The position numbers and the translations under genes were made by a program. From the NCBI RefSeq assembly GCF_001194135.2, contig NC_069006.1, forward strand, positions 25,906,223 to 25,970,222: DNA of 64,000 nucleotides. The letters are read 5' to 3'. Numbering within the stretch: position 1 is the stretch's first letter; each line of letters begins with the position of its first letter. This stretch comes from Octopus bimaculoides (taxonomy: Eukaryota). Below the pieces are notes generated by a model, which had not been told where the DNA came from, did not search any database, and worked only from the letters and a program-made list of their open reading frames with translations. This document shows, one piece after another, positions 25,465 through 36,420 of the stretch.

Positions 25465-25821
25465 TGTACATTGCTGTTTTGGTGGCCCAGTAGNNNNNNN
25501 NNNNNNNNNNNNNNNNNNNNNNNNNNNNNNNNNNNNNNNNNNNNNNNNNNNNNNNNNNNNNNNNNNNNNNNNNNNNNNNNNNNNNNNNNNNNNNNNNNNN
25601 NNNNNNNNNNNNNNNNNNNNNNNNNNNNNNNNNNNNNNNNNNNNNNNNNNNNNNNNNNNNNNNNNNNNNNNNNNNNNNNNNNNNNNNNNNNNNNNNNNNN
25701 NNNNNNNNNNNNNNNNNNNNNNNNNNNNNNNNNNNNNNNNNNNNNNNNNNNNNNNNNNNNNNNNNNNNNNNNNNNNNNNNNNNNNNNNNNNNNNNNNNNN
25801 NNNNNNNNNNNNNNNNNNNNN

Positions 25822-25876
<55 letters not shown>

Positions 25877-25993
25877 TGTACATTGCTGTTTTGGTGGCCC
25901 AGTAGGCATGAGTGTTGAGAAGTAATAATACAACACATAGGTGGTGGTTTCAAATCTCTTCCATAAATTACAAGAGATCTAGTTAAAAATTTT

Positions 25994-26170
25994 AAGGTGC
26001 AGGCATGGCTGTGTAGTAAGTAGCTTGCTTACCAACCACATAGTTCTGGGTTCAGTCCCATTGCATGGCACCTTGGCCAAGTATCTGTGCCTTCTACTAT
26101 AGCCTCGGGCCGACCAAAAACTTGTGAGTGGATTTGGTGGACAGAAACTGATGAAAGAAGCCCGTCATAT
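25994..26170 (+). mobile_element. SINE family A, 5' half
   Basis: A/B boxes, CACCTTGGCCAAGT, TAGCCTCGGGCCGACCAAA...GAAAGAAGCCCGTC, then (TA)n. Confidence 0.88.
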
Positions 26171-27572
26171 ATATATATATATATAGTGCACCCCACCACT
26201 ACCATTGCCCCAACAACAACAGCAAACAGCAAGTTTTATATTATGTAAGCATCACTACTGCTTCACCTCAGCTTAACCATCACTGGTACCATCATACCAC
26301 TAGCATCAATAACTTTTGCATTGTGGACACCAACACCACCACCATTACTATTGCTGCTACTACTGCCACCATCACCACCACTGTCACCACCACCACTCCC
26401 ACCATCGCTTCACCACCATCACTATAACAACCACCACTATAACAACCACCACGACTACCACCATCACTACCACCACCACCACCACCACCACCACCACCAC
26501 CACCATCAACNNNNNNNNNNNNNNNNNNNNNNNNNNNNNNNNNNNNNNNNNNNNNNNNNNNNNNNNNNNNNNNNNNNNNNNNNNNNNNNNNNNNNNNNNN
26601 NNNNNNNNNNNNNNNNNNNNNNNNNNNNNNNNNNNNNNNNNNNNNNNNNNNNNNNNNNNNNNNNNNNNNNNNNNNNNNNNNNNNNNNNNNNNNNNNNNNN
26701 NNNNNNNNNNNNNNNNNNNNNNNNNNNNNNNNNNNNNNNNNNNNNNNNNNNNNNNNNNNNNNNNNNNNNNNNNNNNNNNNNNNNNNNNNNNNNNNNNNNN
26801 NNNNNNNNNNNNNNNNNNNNNNNNNNNNNNNNNNNNNNNNNNNNNNNNNNNNNNNNNNNNNNNNNACCACCACCACCACCACCACCACCACCACCATCAA
26901 CACCACCTCCACCACCACTGCCACCATCACTACCTTCACCACCACCACCACCACCACTAACATCTCACAATGAACTGAAAGACAGAAGATAATAATAAGA
27001 AAGTGCAAAGAAAACAGTGCATTTCTGCACCTGACAGACGTGAGGATAGAAACTGCATGTGACTGCAACATCGGTAAAAGCATGTGACTGTTGCTGGAGA
27101 AGAAGAAGAAGAAGAAGAAGAAGGATCATGTGACTGAAGTTTACCTTTGTACTGAGTGACCCTTAATTTTTTTGGCTGTGACTAAATATTTTAACTCTGA
27201 GCTTATCATTGATAGATCGATCGGAATTAGTCGGTATGGGGGTTTTCAGAAACATAGAAACCAAATTTCTTATTCCTTCCCCTCCTCCACCATCACCCAT
27301 ATTTCTGCTGCCATAAATCTTTTTATGCATTTCAGTGATGGCATGTCTTTGATGGTTCTTCAGAATCTAGGAGACTTTTTGGTTTATTGTGTGCAAAGAA
27401 GAATGATAAATAGGATGCACCCGTGTAAATTGTGATGGGAGGTGTGTGAGTTGTGGAAGGGTACGTGTTGGGGGTACATTGACGCTGAATAGGGAGAGTC
27501 TAATGTGGTGGCAACATAATGAGAAGGGAAAGAGAAAACTGTTTGAGAAAAAATGTAGAATGCTGGAAAATA

Positions 27573-27736
27573 TAGGTGCAGGGGTGGCTGTGTGGTAAGA
27601 AGCTTGCTTCTCAACTCCCTGGTTCCAAGTTCAGTCCCACTGCATGGCACCTTGGGCAGATATCTTCTACTACAGCTTCAGGCTAACCAAAGTCTTGTGA
27701 GTGGATTTGGTAGACAGAAGCTGAAAGAAGTCCCTT

Positions 27737-27791
<55 letters not shown>

Positions 27792-27915
27792 GTGTATCTG
27801 TATTTGTTCTCCATCACTGCTTCACAACTGGTGTTCATGTGCTTATGTTCCCATAACTTAACAGTTCAGCAAAAGGGACGGATAGAGTCAGTACCAGGCT
27901 TAAAAGAATTAAGTG
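27573..27915 (+). mobile_element. SINE family A, near full length, with internal (TG)n
   Basis: Head, core, (TG)n linker and 3' domain up to GGATAGAGTCAGTACCAGGCTTAAAAGAA. Confidence 0.85.
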
Positions 27916-28769
27916 AAAATATGTGAAGTAGAAACAGTCCTGTACTGTATTTTTTTTTTTTTTTCATAATTTGTATGTATTTATTTTTATTATAAATGCA
28001 AAACAACACCACGGAGGAATCGCCATAAGCTTAAATAATAAACCACAACAAGTGAACCACGATATGGCAAGGGATTACTGTATACCATATATATATATAT
28101 ACTTTGAAAAGTATATATATANNNNNNNNNNNNNNNNNNNNNNNNNNNNNNNNNNNNNNNNNNNNNNNNNNNNNNNNNNNNNNNNNNNNNNNNNNNNNNN
28201 NNNNNNNNNNNNNNNNNNNNNNNNNNNNNNNNNNNNNNNNNNNNNNNNNNNNNNNNNNNNNNNNNNNNNNNNNNNNNNNNNNNNNNNNNNNNNNNNNNNN
28301 NNNNNNNNNNNNNNNNNNNNNNNNNNNNNNNNNNNNNNNNNNNNNNNNNNNNNNNNNNNNNNNNNNNNNNNNNNNNNNNNNNNNNNNNNNNNNNNNNNNN
28401 NNNNNNNNNNNNNNNNNNNNNNNNNNNNNNNNNNNNNNNNNNNNNNNNNNNNNNNNNNNNNNNNNNNNNNNNNNNNNNNNNNNNNNNNNNNNNNNNNNNN
28501 NNNNNNNNNNGCAATAAGTATCATGGACTTTAATGTGGGTGAAAGGAGAAAAATTTTTGCAGAAATTTTGCAGACTTGAAAGTTGATAAAAATTCTCAAC
28601 AATTTCTACTTCAAACACTTGAAACTATATTTTAAAAAAAGTTTTTTTTACACTAAAATTTTCTTCCTGTTTTTCTTCTTTTTTTCCCTCTCTTATTTTC
28701 AAAACATATCTTTGGTAATCTAACCATTCTGGATTCTTTTGAAAGTAAATTTTAATGAAATATATTTGA

Positions 28770-28770
<1 letters not shown>

Positions 28771-28811
<41 letters not shown>

Positions 28812-28952
28812 TTATTAATAATAATGATAATAATAATAATAATAAAATTAAAAATAATAACAATAATAATAAGATTATTATTAATAATAATAATGATAAT
28901 AATAAAATTATTATAAATAATAATGATAATGATAAAATTAAAATTAATAATG

Positions 28953-28987
<35 letters not shown>

Positions 28988-28992
28988 CCCAA
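28771..28992. repeat. (AAT)n-derived compound microsatellite with higher-order AAAATTA(T)TAATAATAATGAT units
   Basis: Direct inspection. Confidence 0.9.
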
Positions 28993-29516
28993 TAACTAGA
29001 TAACAAATATTTTCATTTTCTAGATGAATAATTTTGTTGGAAGTCTATTTACTCCGACATTTCATAATAAGCGAAGCAGGAAATATTACTTTGTAGCTCT
29101 TTTGCCTCAGTAATTCTGAAGGGAAAATTGATGGCAGATCACTGGCTTTTCGAAATAAAACAACCTTGAAGAAAAAAGCAGCAAATTAACCATTTTCTTT
29201 TTTGTTTTGTTTTGTTTTTTGTTTAGTTTTTGGCTGTCACTTTCGAGCAAGAAAGAGTTAAAAGTTATTTTTACATTTGACCCCTGGCTATTCATAATAA
29301 ATTTTATAACCAAATGTTTGATTAATACTCGTTCACATAGCAAATATTTCTTCTCTGTTTCCACGTTTCACTTGAAATAATTAAAACAAACCAATTTTAA
29401 AAAAAAACAAAAAAAACATGGACGTGTGAAATATTTCACCCTTTCCTTGCCTCATGTTTTTAAAAGTTTCTCTTAGAAAATTCCATCACTTGTCTGCCGT
29501 AATTTTTAATGAATAA

Positions 29517-29840
29517 GCACAGGCATGGCTCTGTGGTATGAAATTTGCTGCTCAACCACATGGTGCCTTTGTGAGTTCAATTCCCAGCAGTGTGCTGTGT
29601 TCTTGAGCAAGAAACTTCATTTCCCATTGCTCCACTCCACTCAGCTGGCAAAAAAAAAGTGAGTTGTACCAGTAATTCTAAGGGCCAGCCTTGTCACATT
29701 CTGTGTCAAGGTGAACCTCCCTAAAAACTACATTATGGGTATATGTGTGTTCGGAGTACTCAGCCACTTGCATGAGCATGCTGTTCCACTGACTGAGTCA
29801 ACTAAAATCCTCGTCATTGTAACTGACGGAGCTCCAGTTA
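29517..29840 (+). mobile_element. Chimeric SINE: family A tRNA head joined to family G body and tail
   Basis: GCACAGGCATGGCTCTGTGGTATGAAATTTGCTGCTCAACCACATGGT (A head), B box GAGTTCAATTCC, then TGTGTTCTTGAGCAAG...CAGCTGGCAAAAA...GCCTTGTCACATTCTGTGTC...CAGCCACTTGCA (G body, compare 51005-51285). Confidence 0.7.
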
Positions 29841-30647
29841 TATAGTTCGGCTGAATTTTTAGCTATAAATACACCAGACAACATTTTTCATCAATCTTTT
29901 TTCCTTTCATAAGTTTTCTTTCTTTTTTTACCTTACAGCATCAACCCAACTTTGACAACAATATCTTCATAAAATTCTTCCCTTTCTCCACATTTTCCTT
30001 TCAATAATAATTACCATTAATATACATACATACAGTACACATGTACACACATACTGAACATAAAATGTACACACACACACATATACACAGCAAGCTACAA
30101 AAATACTGAATAAGGAGAACAAAATGCACTTACGTAGACACATATAGTTTGGAAAGTGTGAAACTTGTTAATAAACATGCCATCAATCTCCATTATGTTT
30201 TATATCCGTTCCTAACCATTTTGTAGCTGCAGGAAGAGGATGCAGAAAGCCAACAGAATGGTGAAAGGAATGGTGCAATTTAGTGATAGTTCTTTGATAA
30301 AATTCCCACACTAAGCACATGTGCACATAGTTTGTATGCACAATGCACACACACACACACACACACACATTATGTATGTGTGTGTGTGTGTGTATGTATT
30401 TCTGGACATACAAAGTATGTTCACATGTGGCTGTGTGGAAATCTGAAAAGGGAAAACACCTCAGTAGATAAGAGTATATATATTTTGTATTTGGTTGTAA
30501 AATTTGTAAAGTACCATAAAGTAACTGAGGACTGAAAGCACATTGGAAGGGCTTCTGGTCTGAATACATTGACTGTGGTGCAGTCTGACCCATGCCAGCG
30601 AGGAAAAGTTAGCCTGTAAATGACAATGATGATGATGATGGTCATAG

Positions 30648-30697
<50 letters not shown>

Positions 30698-30718
30698 AGG
30701 TGTGTGTAGATATGAATA

Positions 30719-30751
<33 letters not shown>

Positions 30752-32112
30752 GCTAATATGTATGCATTATATGTGTGCACATCTATTTATACANNNNNNN
30801 NNNNNNNNNNNNNNNNNNNNNNNNNNNNNNNNNNNNNNNNNNNNNNNNNNNNNNNNNNNNNNNNNNNNNNNNNNNNNNNNNNNNNNNNNNNNNNNNNNNN
30901 NNNNNNNNNNNNNNNNNNNNNNNNNNNNNNNNNNNNNNNNNNNNNNNNNNNNNNNNNNNNNNNNNNNNNNNNNNNNNNNNNNNNNNNNNNNNNNNNNNNN
31001 NNNNNNNNNNNNNNNNNNNNNNNNNNNNNNNNNNNNNNNNNNNNNNNNNNNNNNNNNNNNNNNNNNNNNNNNNNNNNNNNNNNNNNNNNNNNNNNNNNNN
31101 NNNNNNNNNNNNNNNNNNNNNNNNNNNNNNNNNNNNNNNNNNNNNNNNNNNNNNNNNNNNNNNNNNNNNNNNNNNNNNNNNNNNNNNNNNNNNNNNNNNN
31201 NNNNNNNNNNNNNNNNNNNNNNNNNNNNNNNNNNNNNNNNNNNNNNNNNNNNNNNNNNNNNNNNNNNNNNNNNNNNNNNNNNNNNNNNNNNNNNNNNNNN
31301 NNNNNNNNNNNNNNNNNNNNNNNNNNNNNNNNNNNNNNNNNNNNNNNNNNNNNNNNNNNNNNNNNNNNNNNNNNNNNNNNNNNNNNNNNNNNNNNNNNNN
31401 NNNNNNNNNNNNNNNNNNNNNNNNNNNNNNNNNNNNNNNNNNNNNNNNNNNNNNNNNNNNNNNNNNNNNNNNNNNNNNNNNNNNNNNNNNNNNNNNNNNN
31501 NNNNNNNNNNNNNNNNNNNNNNNNNNNNNNNNNNNNNNNNNNNNNNNNNNNNNNNNNNNNNNNNNNNNNNNNNNNNNNNNNNNNNNNNNNNNNNNNNNNN
31601 NNNNNNNNNNNNNNNACCACCACCACCACCACCACCACCATTATTATTGATTTTAAAAGCTTTTTTTTCTTTATCTTTCCAATATGGTTCAGGTATAAAA
31701 TATTATTCACTTGGTTTATCACACTTACTTTGCACTGCAGTGGTTGCTTGAGGGGGGGCAAGGGTATGTGCGGGGGTGCAGTGTGTGTGTGTGTGTGCAT
31801 GCGTACCCCACCGTGTATTGTTGTAGATGCAGTGGTGTGAAGTGCAGTGTGTGTGTATGTGTGCATGTGCAGCTGGTGCATTTGGAGTTGATGCAGTCAT
31901 GTGAAGTGCAGTGCAAATGTGCATTTATCCCATATTGTAGTAGATGCACTGAAGTGCAGTGAAGTGCCTGTTGCTGCAGATGCAGTCAAGAAATCCAATC
32001 ATGTGTGAGCTTGTCAAAGTCTCCATAGAGAATCAAAGATTCTGGTGCCAGTGCCTGGTTTTGGTCAACTGGTCTCTGGCCATCAGGTAGCCTCTAACAA
32101 CGAAATAAATCT

Positions 32113-32146
<34 letters not shown>

Positions 32147-32404
32147 TGTTATTAAACAGAGACCTTGGTCTCAATGGATGTCCCTTTTTAAAGCCTAATT
32201 ACCCCTAATTGAGGATAACTGTCTATGAAAAACTCTTGACAAACCACAAAAACTCTTCCTTCTCGCTTTTCTCTCTCTCATACTTTTAAACGTTTCAAAG
32301 TTGCATGAGTTTGGCAAATGATTTAGTTTAAGGTGTGTGTAAAGTCTGGCAATATTTTGGTGAATTATTTTATTTATTCATCAAGTTACACCAAAAGCAG
32401 CCAA

Positions 32405-32616
32405 GAATTCAAAGAAGAAGCCATCGTGTTGCATCATCTGAAGGCCCCTTTCTGCTAGTTCTTTGATCCCTGCTGATACCAGTTCTTGTTCCTTCAAGGC
32501 AAAGAACTCCTTCACTGAATCTTCCACCTCCTCTCTCAGTTGATGAAGCATCATGAGCGCAGGAAATGAACCATGGATTGGAACAGGTAATAATCCGAGG
32601 GAGTAAGGTTGGGACT
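32405..32616 (-). mobile_element. Mariner transposase C-terminal relic
   Basis: Minus strand SPNLTPSDYYLFQSMVHFLRS (YSPDLAPSDYHLF motif), then after a frameshift EEVEDSVKEFFALKEQELVSAGIKELAERGLQMMQHDGFFFE. Confidence 0.85.
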
Positions 32617-34121
32617 CTCACGCTTGGCTTAACATCTCTTTGATCCACTTGAGTTGCTGGAGTTTATTCCAGGCCATTCAAGTGGTATGAAGCCATGCAG
32701 CAGAAGGGCTCAGAGTAAGGCAAATCTCTGTGGGTCAGTGCACCAACTACCATGACGCCACCACCCTCACAGGGTGTCAGTCTTCCACAGCTTGGACAGC
32801 TTTGCCCATGTGATGTTGTAGTACAGGCTGCAGCCTACGCTGCAACCTAACATATGTGCAAATATTTGCTAAACTTTTGACTCAACTCAATTGACACTTC
32901 TGCTACCACCACCACCACCACCATCACTTTTAGTATTGCTACTACCATCATCACCATCATCACCATCATCACCATCATTCTCATCACCACCACCACCACC
33001 ATTGCTACTATCACTAACACTACTACAGCCACTACCACATTCATTCCCACCACCACCACCACTAGCATCACCACCAGCGCCACCACCACCATCATCATTA
33101 CAACCACCACTACCACCTACACNNNNNNNNNNNNNNNNNNNNNNNNNNNNNNNNNNNNNNNNNNNNNNNNNNNNNNNNNNNNNNNNNNNNNNNNNNNNNN
33201 NNNNNNNNNNNNNNNNNNNNNNNNNNNNNNNNNNNNNNNNNNNNNNNNNNNNNNNNNNNNNNNNNNNNNNNNNNNNNNNNNNNNNNNNNNNNNNNNNNNN
33301 NNNNNNNNNNNNNNNNNNNNNNNNNNNNNNNNNNNNNNNNNNNNNNNNNNNNNNNNNNNNNNNNNNNNNNNNNNNNNNNNNNNNNNNNNNNNNNNNNNNN
33401 NNNNNNNNNNNNNNNNNNNNNNNNNNNNNNNNNNNNNNNNNNNNNNNNNNNNNNNNNNNNNNNNNNNNNNNNNNNNNNNNNNNNNNNNNNNNNNNNNNNN
33501 NNNNNNNNNNNNNNNNNNNNNNNNNNNNNNNNNNNNNNNNNNNNNNNNNNNNNNNNNNNNNNNNNNNNNNNNNNNNNNNNNNNNNNNNNNNNNNNNNNNN
33601 NNNNNNNNNNNNNNNNNNNNNNNNNNNNNNNNNNNNNNNNNNNNNNNNNNNNNNNNNNNNNNNNNNNNNNNNNNNNNNNNNNNNNNNNNNNNNNNNNNNN
33701 NNNNNNNNNNNNNNNNNNNNNNNNNNNNNNNNNNNNNNNNNNNNNNNNNNNNNNNNNNNNNNNNNNNNNNNNNNNNNNNNNNNNNNNNNNNNNNNNNNNN
33801 NNNNNNNNNNNNNNNNNNNNNNNNNNNNNNNNNNNNNGTGAGAAGAAAGCTGCTATTTCTAAAAATATTTGAGGAAAATGTGTTTTTCAAAAAATAGTTG
33901 TTCTTCTTTTATTACTTAAAATTCTTTGTTTTTTTGGTTTTGTCAGTCTGCTAGAATAATAACCAAATATATGGCATCTTAACTCTTTTAATGCCTCTTA
34001 ATTTCAAAGGTTTGTTGTAGTTAAAAATATTCCATAACAATCTATAATGGTCATTCGGTACCGTGACTATCCATCAATCCTCTTTGATGTTTACTACTTT
34101 GTCCTGCAATTCTTGCTGTTT

Positions 34122-34496
34122 GTCTTCTATTCGGTGCCATATCCAGAATGTAGGGCACAGGTGGTCGTGTTCCGCCACGACCCTTTGCCCCTCGGTTTCT
34201 GTTACGGTTCCACTTCCGGATGTTTTAATGCCTCTTTCTTCCAACCAGTTCCTCAACCTTGGCATCCGTATCATCCTTCTTCCTCCACCTTTTTTTTCCC
34301 TACAATCTTTCCAATCATCACTAAATTCTCCAGGCCCTCTTTCCTCATCACATGACCAAGAAATCTCAGTTGCTTGGCCCTTATCTCTCAAAGTAGTTTC
34401 CTATTTTTCACAATGCAAGGGGTCATCCCTTCTTCATGAGACACTTTGTCAGTTCATGCTATCCTCAATATTCCCCGTAAGAACCACATTTCACAC
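34122..34496 (-). mobile_element. 5'-truncated RTE-clade LINE 3' end
   Basis: Minus strand CEMWFLRGILRIA*TDKVSHEE...EIRAKQLRFLGHVMRKEGLENLVMIGKIVGKKR, the classic RTE C-terminal motif; 3' end GGATATGGCACCGAATAGAAGAC. Confidence 0.85.
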
Positions 34497-34944
34497 AGTG
34501 TGTGTGTGTGTGAGTGTGTATGTGTGAATTAGTGTGTGCATGTATGAATTAGTGTGTGTGTGTGTGTGAACTAGAGAGAGAGACTGAGTATTTTTGTGAA
34601 TCAGAGTGCATGTGTGAATGTGTGTGTGTGTGAATGTCTGTGTGTGTGTGTGTGTAAGATATAAGGAAAGGGTGGAGGGGGAGAACTAAAAACGGTACAT
34701 CAACCAAAGGTAGAAGACAGTGCTAAATAAACAACCAGGAGGCAGCTTTACAAAAACTGAGTGTGTACACACATATATGTGTGTGTGTGTGTATGTGCAA
34801 GTGTACATAGATGTATGTATATGTATATACATGTCATATTGAAAATGTTCCAGTCTATGAATAAATTTCCATTGATTCTGTTGGTTTTCTTGTTGTTTTT
34901 GCTCTGTTAATGAATAGCATTTACATTATAAAACATGATGGAAG

Positions 34945-35150
34945 CCCTTTCATTACCATATTTCTAATGAGAAACATTGTTCACAGCCATAATTTTCAAT
35001 TAATTTTCCAAAACACAATCAAGAATTTGTAGGGATTTAGCAAAAACAACTTTGTTTTCATTATTAAGCCGATGTTTAGAACATAATTTACGAAAAATCT
35101 AATCATGGCAAGTTTTAATTTAAATACGAACAGACCAGTGTCATAGAACC
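34945..35150 (+). mobile_element. Degenerate copy of the piggyBac-like MITE family seen at 54361
   Basis: CCCTTTCATTACCATATTTCT...AAGAATTT...TCATTATTAAGC..TGTTTAGAACATAA...ATAGAACCAGAG collinear with 54365-54560; right TIR not recognisable. Confidence 0.55.
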
Positions 35151-35267
35151 AGAGCTGATTGCAGACAGATTTGCTATCGACATAGTTAAGTTCTTCCTTC
35201 CTTTTGTGCTGTGGTCATTTTCTTAACTTATTATCTAACCATTTTTTGCTTTTTTTTTGTTTTACAG

Positions 35268-35300
35268 CTGTGATGCTCCTCTCACTCTAAGAAGTTACAG
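35268..35300 (+). CDS. 33-nt symmetric (phase 2-2) microexon continuing the LIM domain
   Basis: Branch point CTAAC (35235-35239), T-rich tract, TACAG acceptor; C TGT GAT GCT CCT CTC ACT CTA AGA AGT TAC AG, then GTAAGG donor. Joined to 1631 it gives HKACFKCTRCDAPLTLRSY, completing the C-x2-C of LIM finger 2. Confidence 0.85.
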
Positions 35301-35464
35301 GTAAGGGATATTCTGTGAATGTTTCTGTTTGTTTCTGTTTTTTCATTCCAATTCACAGCTTCTAAAAAATGATAAAAAGTAGGGAATAAGTTATCACGGT
35401 TATGAATTTGTGTTGCAAAATTCCTGATGTGAAACCATGGGCTGAAACAGACACGAGTCCATCA

Positions 35465-35620
35465 CAGGATTAACTCGTTTTTGCCAGCTCAGTGGACTTG
35501 AGTAATGTGAAATGAAGTGTTTTGCTCAAGAACACAATGTATTGCCTGGTCCAGGGATTGAAACCACAGTTTTACAATCATGAGTCCAACAGCCCTAACC
35601 ACTAAGCCACGTGCCTCCAC
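35465..35620 (-). mobile_element. tRNA-derived SINE, family G head and core
   Basis: Minus strand GTGGCTTAGTGGTTAGGGCTGTTGGACTCATGATTG...GGTTTCAATCCC...TGTGTTCTTGAGCAAAACACTTCATTTC...GCTGGCAAAAACGAGTT. Confidence 0.8.
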
Positions 35621-36117
35621 AAATGAGTGAGAGGGCCATAACTCACTCCAAACATTCTATTTTGAGTGGGAGCCCTTCTACAGCTTGAAGCCCTTCCTAA
35701 CACCAATCACTTTCTAAACTGCTTTGGATGTATTTTGGTGTTGGTATCAGCACTGAGGTAGCATTCTGGTATTTGAACAGATTATCACATAGTTATGCAT
35801 ATAATTAAGTTAACGACTCCCGAACTGAAATGTCAAATGAAAGCAATTCCTAATTAATTGAAATAATCTGTTTATTTTGTTTGAGAGAGAAAGAAACAAA
35901 GACCTAGCGGTAATTGTTTTTGTGACTCTCAAAGAAAAGAGGAAATAATTTCAGGAAATTAGAATTTAACCTTTTAAAGTTCATACAATAAATATAGTTG
36001 ACCAGGTGGTGTGAGTTCAAATCCTATATGAGTCAACTTCACTGTTTATCCATTTGGGGTAATAGAATATGTAGTTATGATTTCCAAAATTGTCCTGTAA
36101 TTGATATTATTATTATT

Positions 36118-36420
36118 ATTATGTCCGCCTTAGCGAAGGTGGAGGTATTGTTTCCAGCCATGTTTGTTTGTTTATTTGTTTGTTCGTGGACAAGAAATTT
36201 TGTATGTTGCTGTTATATTTCTAAGGGCCCAAAATGCATTGCCCATGGTTTATAATACTGTTAAGTCAGCCTCTCGATTTGTTAATTCTGCTCCAGGTTT
36301 CAATTACCTCAGTTTTATGGGGAGAAAAATCCTGAATATGTTCCAAGAATTTTTTTACATTTCAGCAACATTATTGCATGTAAGCAGGAATATTATGATC
36401 TGGTGGTGAGTGTAGAATTA
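36118..36420 (+). mobile_element. Possible Helentron-associated non-autonomous element (HINE/DINE-1-like)
   Basis: 5' hairpin TCCGCCT-TAGCGA-AGGTGGA followed by a (GTTT)n microsatellite; architecture-based call only. Confidence 0.35.

Larger units (their letters stand above)
1632..35267 (+). other. Predicted 33,636-nt phase-2 intron splitting the LIM domain
   Basis: GTAAGT...TTTACAG ends; the flanking exons join into a canonical LIM pattern; filled with SINEs, LINE relics, MITEs, microsatellites and gaps. Confidence 0.8.

Noticed and set aside
25408-25903. Duplicated TATATTGTACATTGCTGTTTTGGTGGCCCAGTAG across a gap
   Set aside because: Same artefact pattern: exact copy either side of Ns.
31810-31990. 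Degenerate GATGCAGT..GTGAAGTGCAGTG repeats
   Set aside because: Irregular spacing with no constant repeat-spacer structure; a decayed minisatellite.
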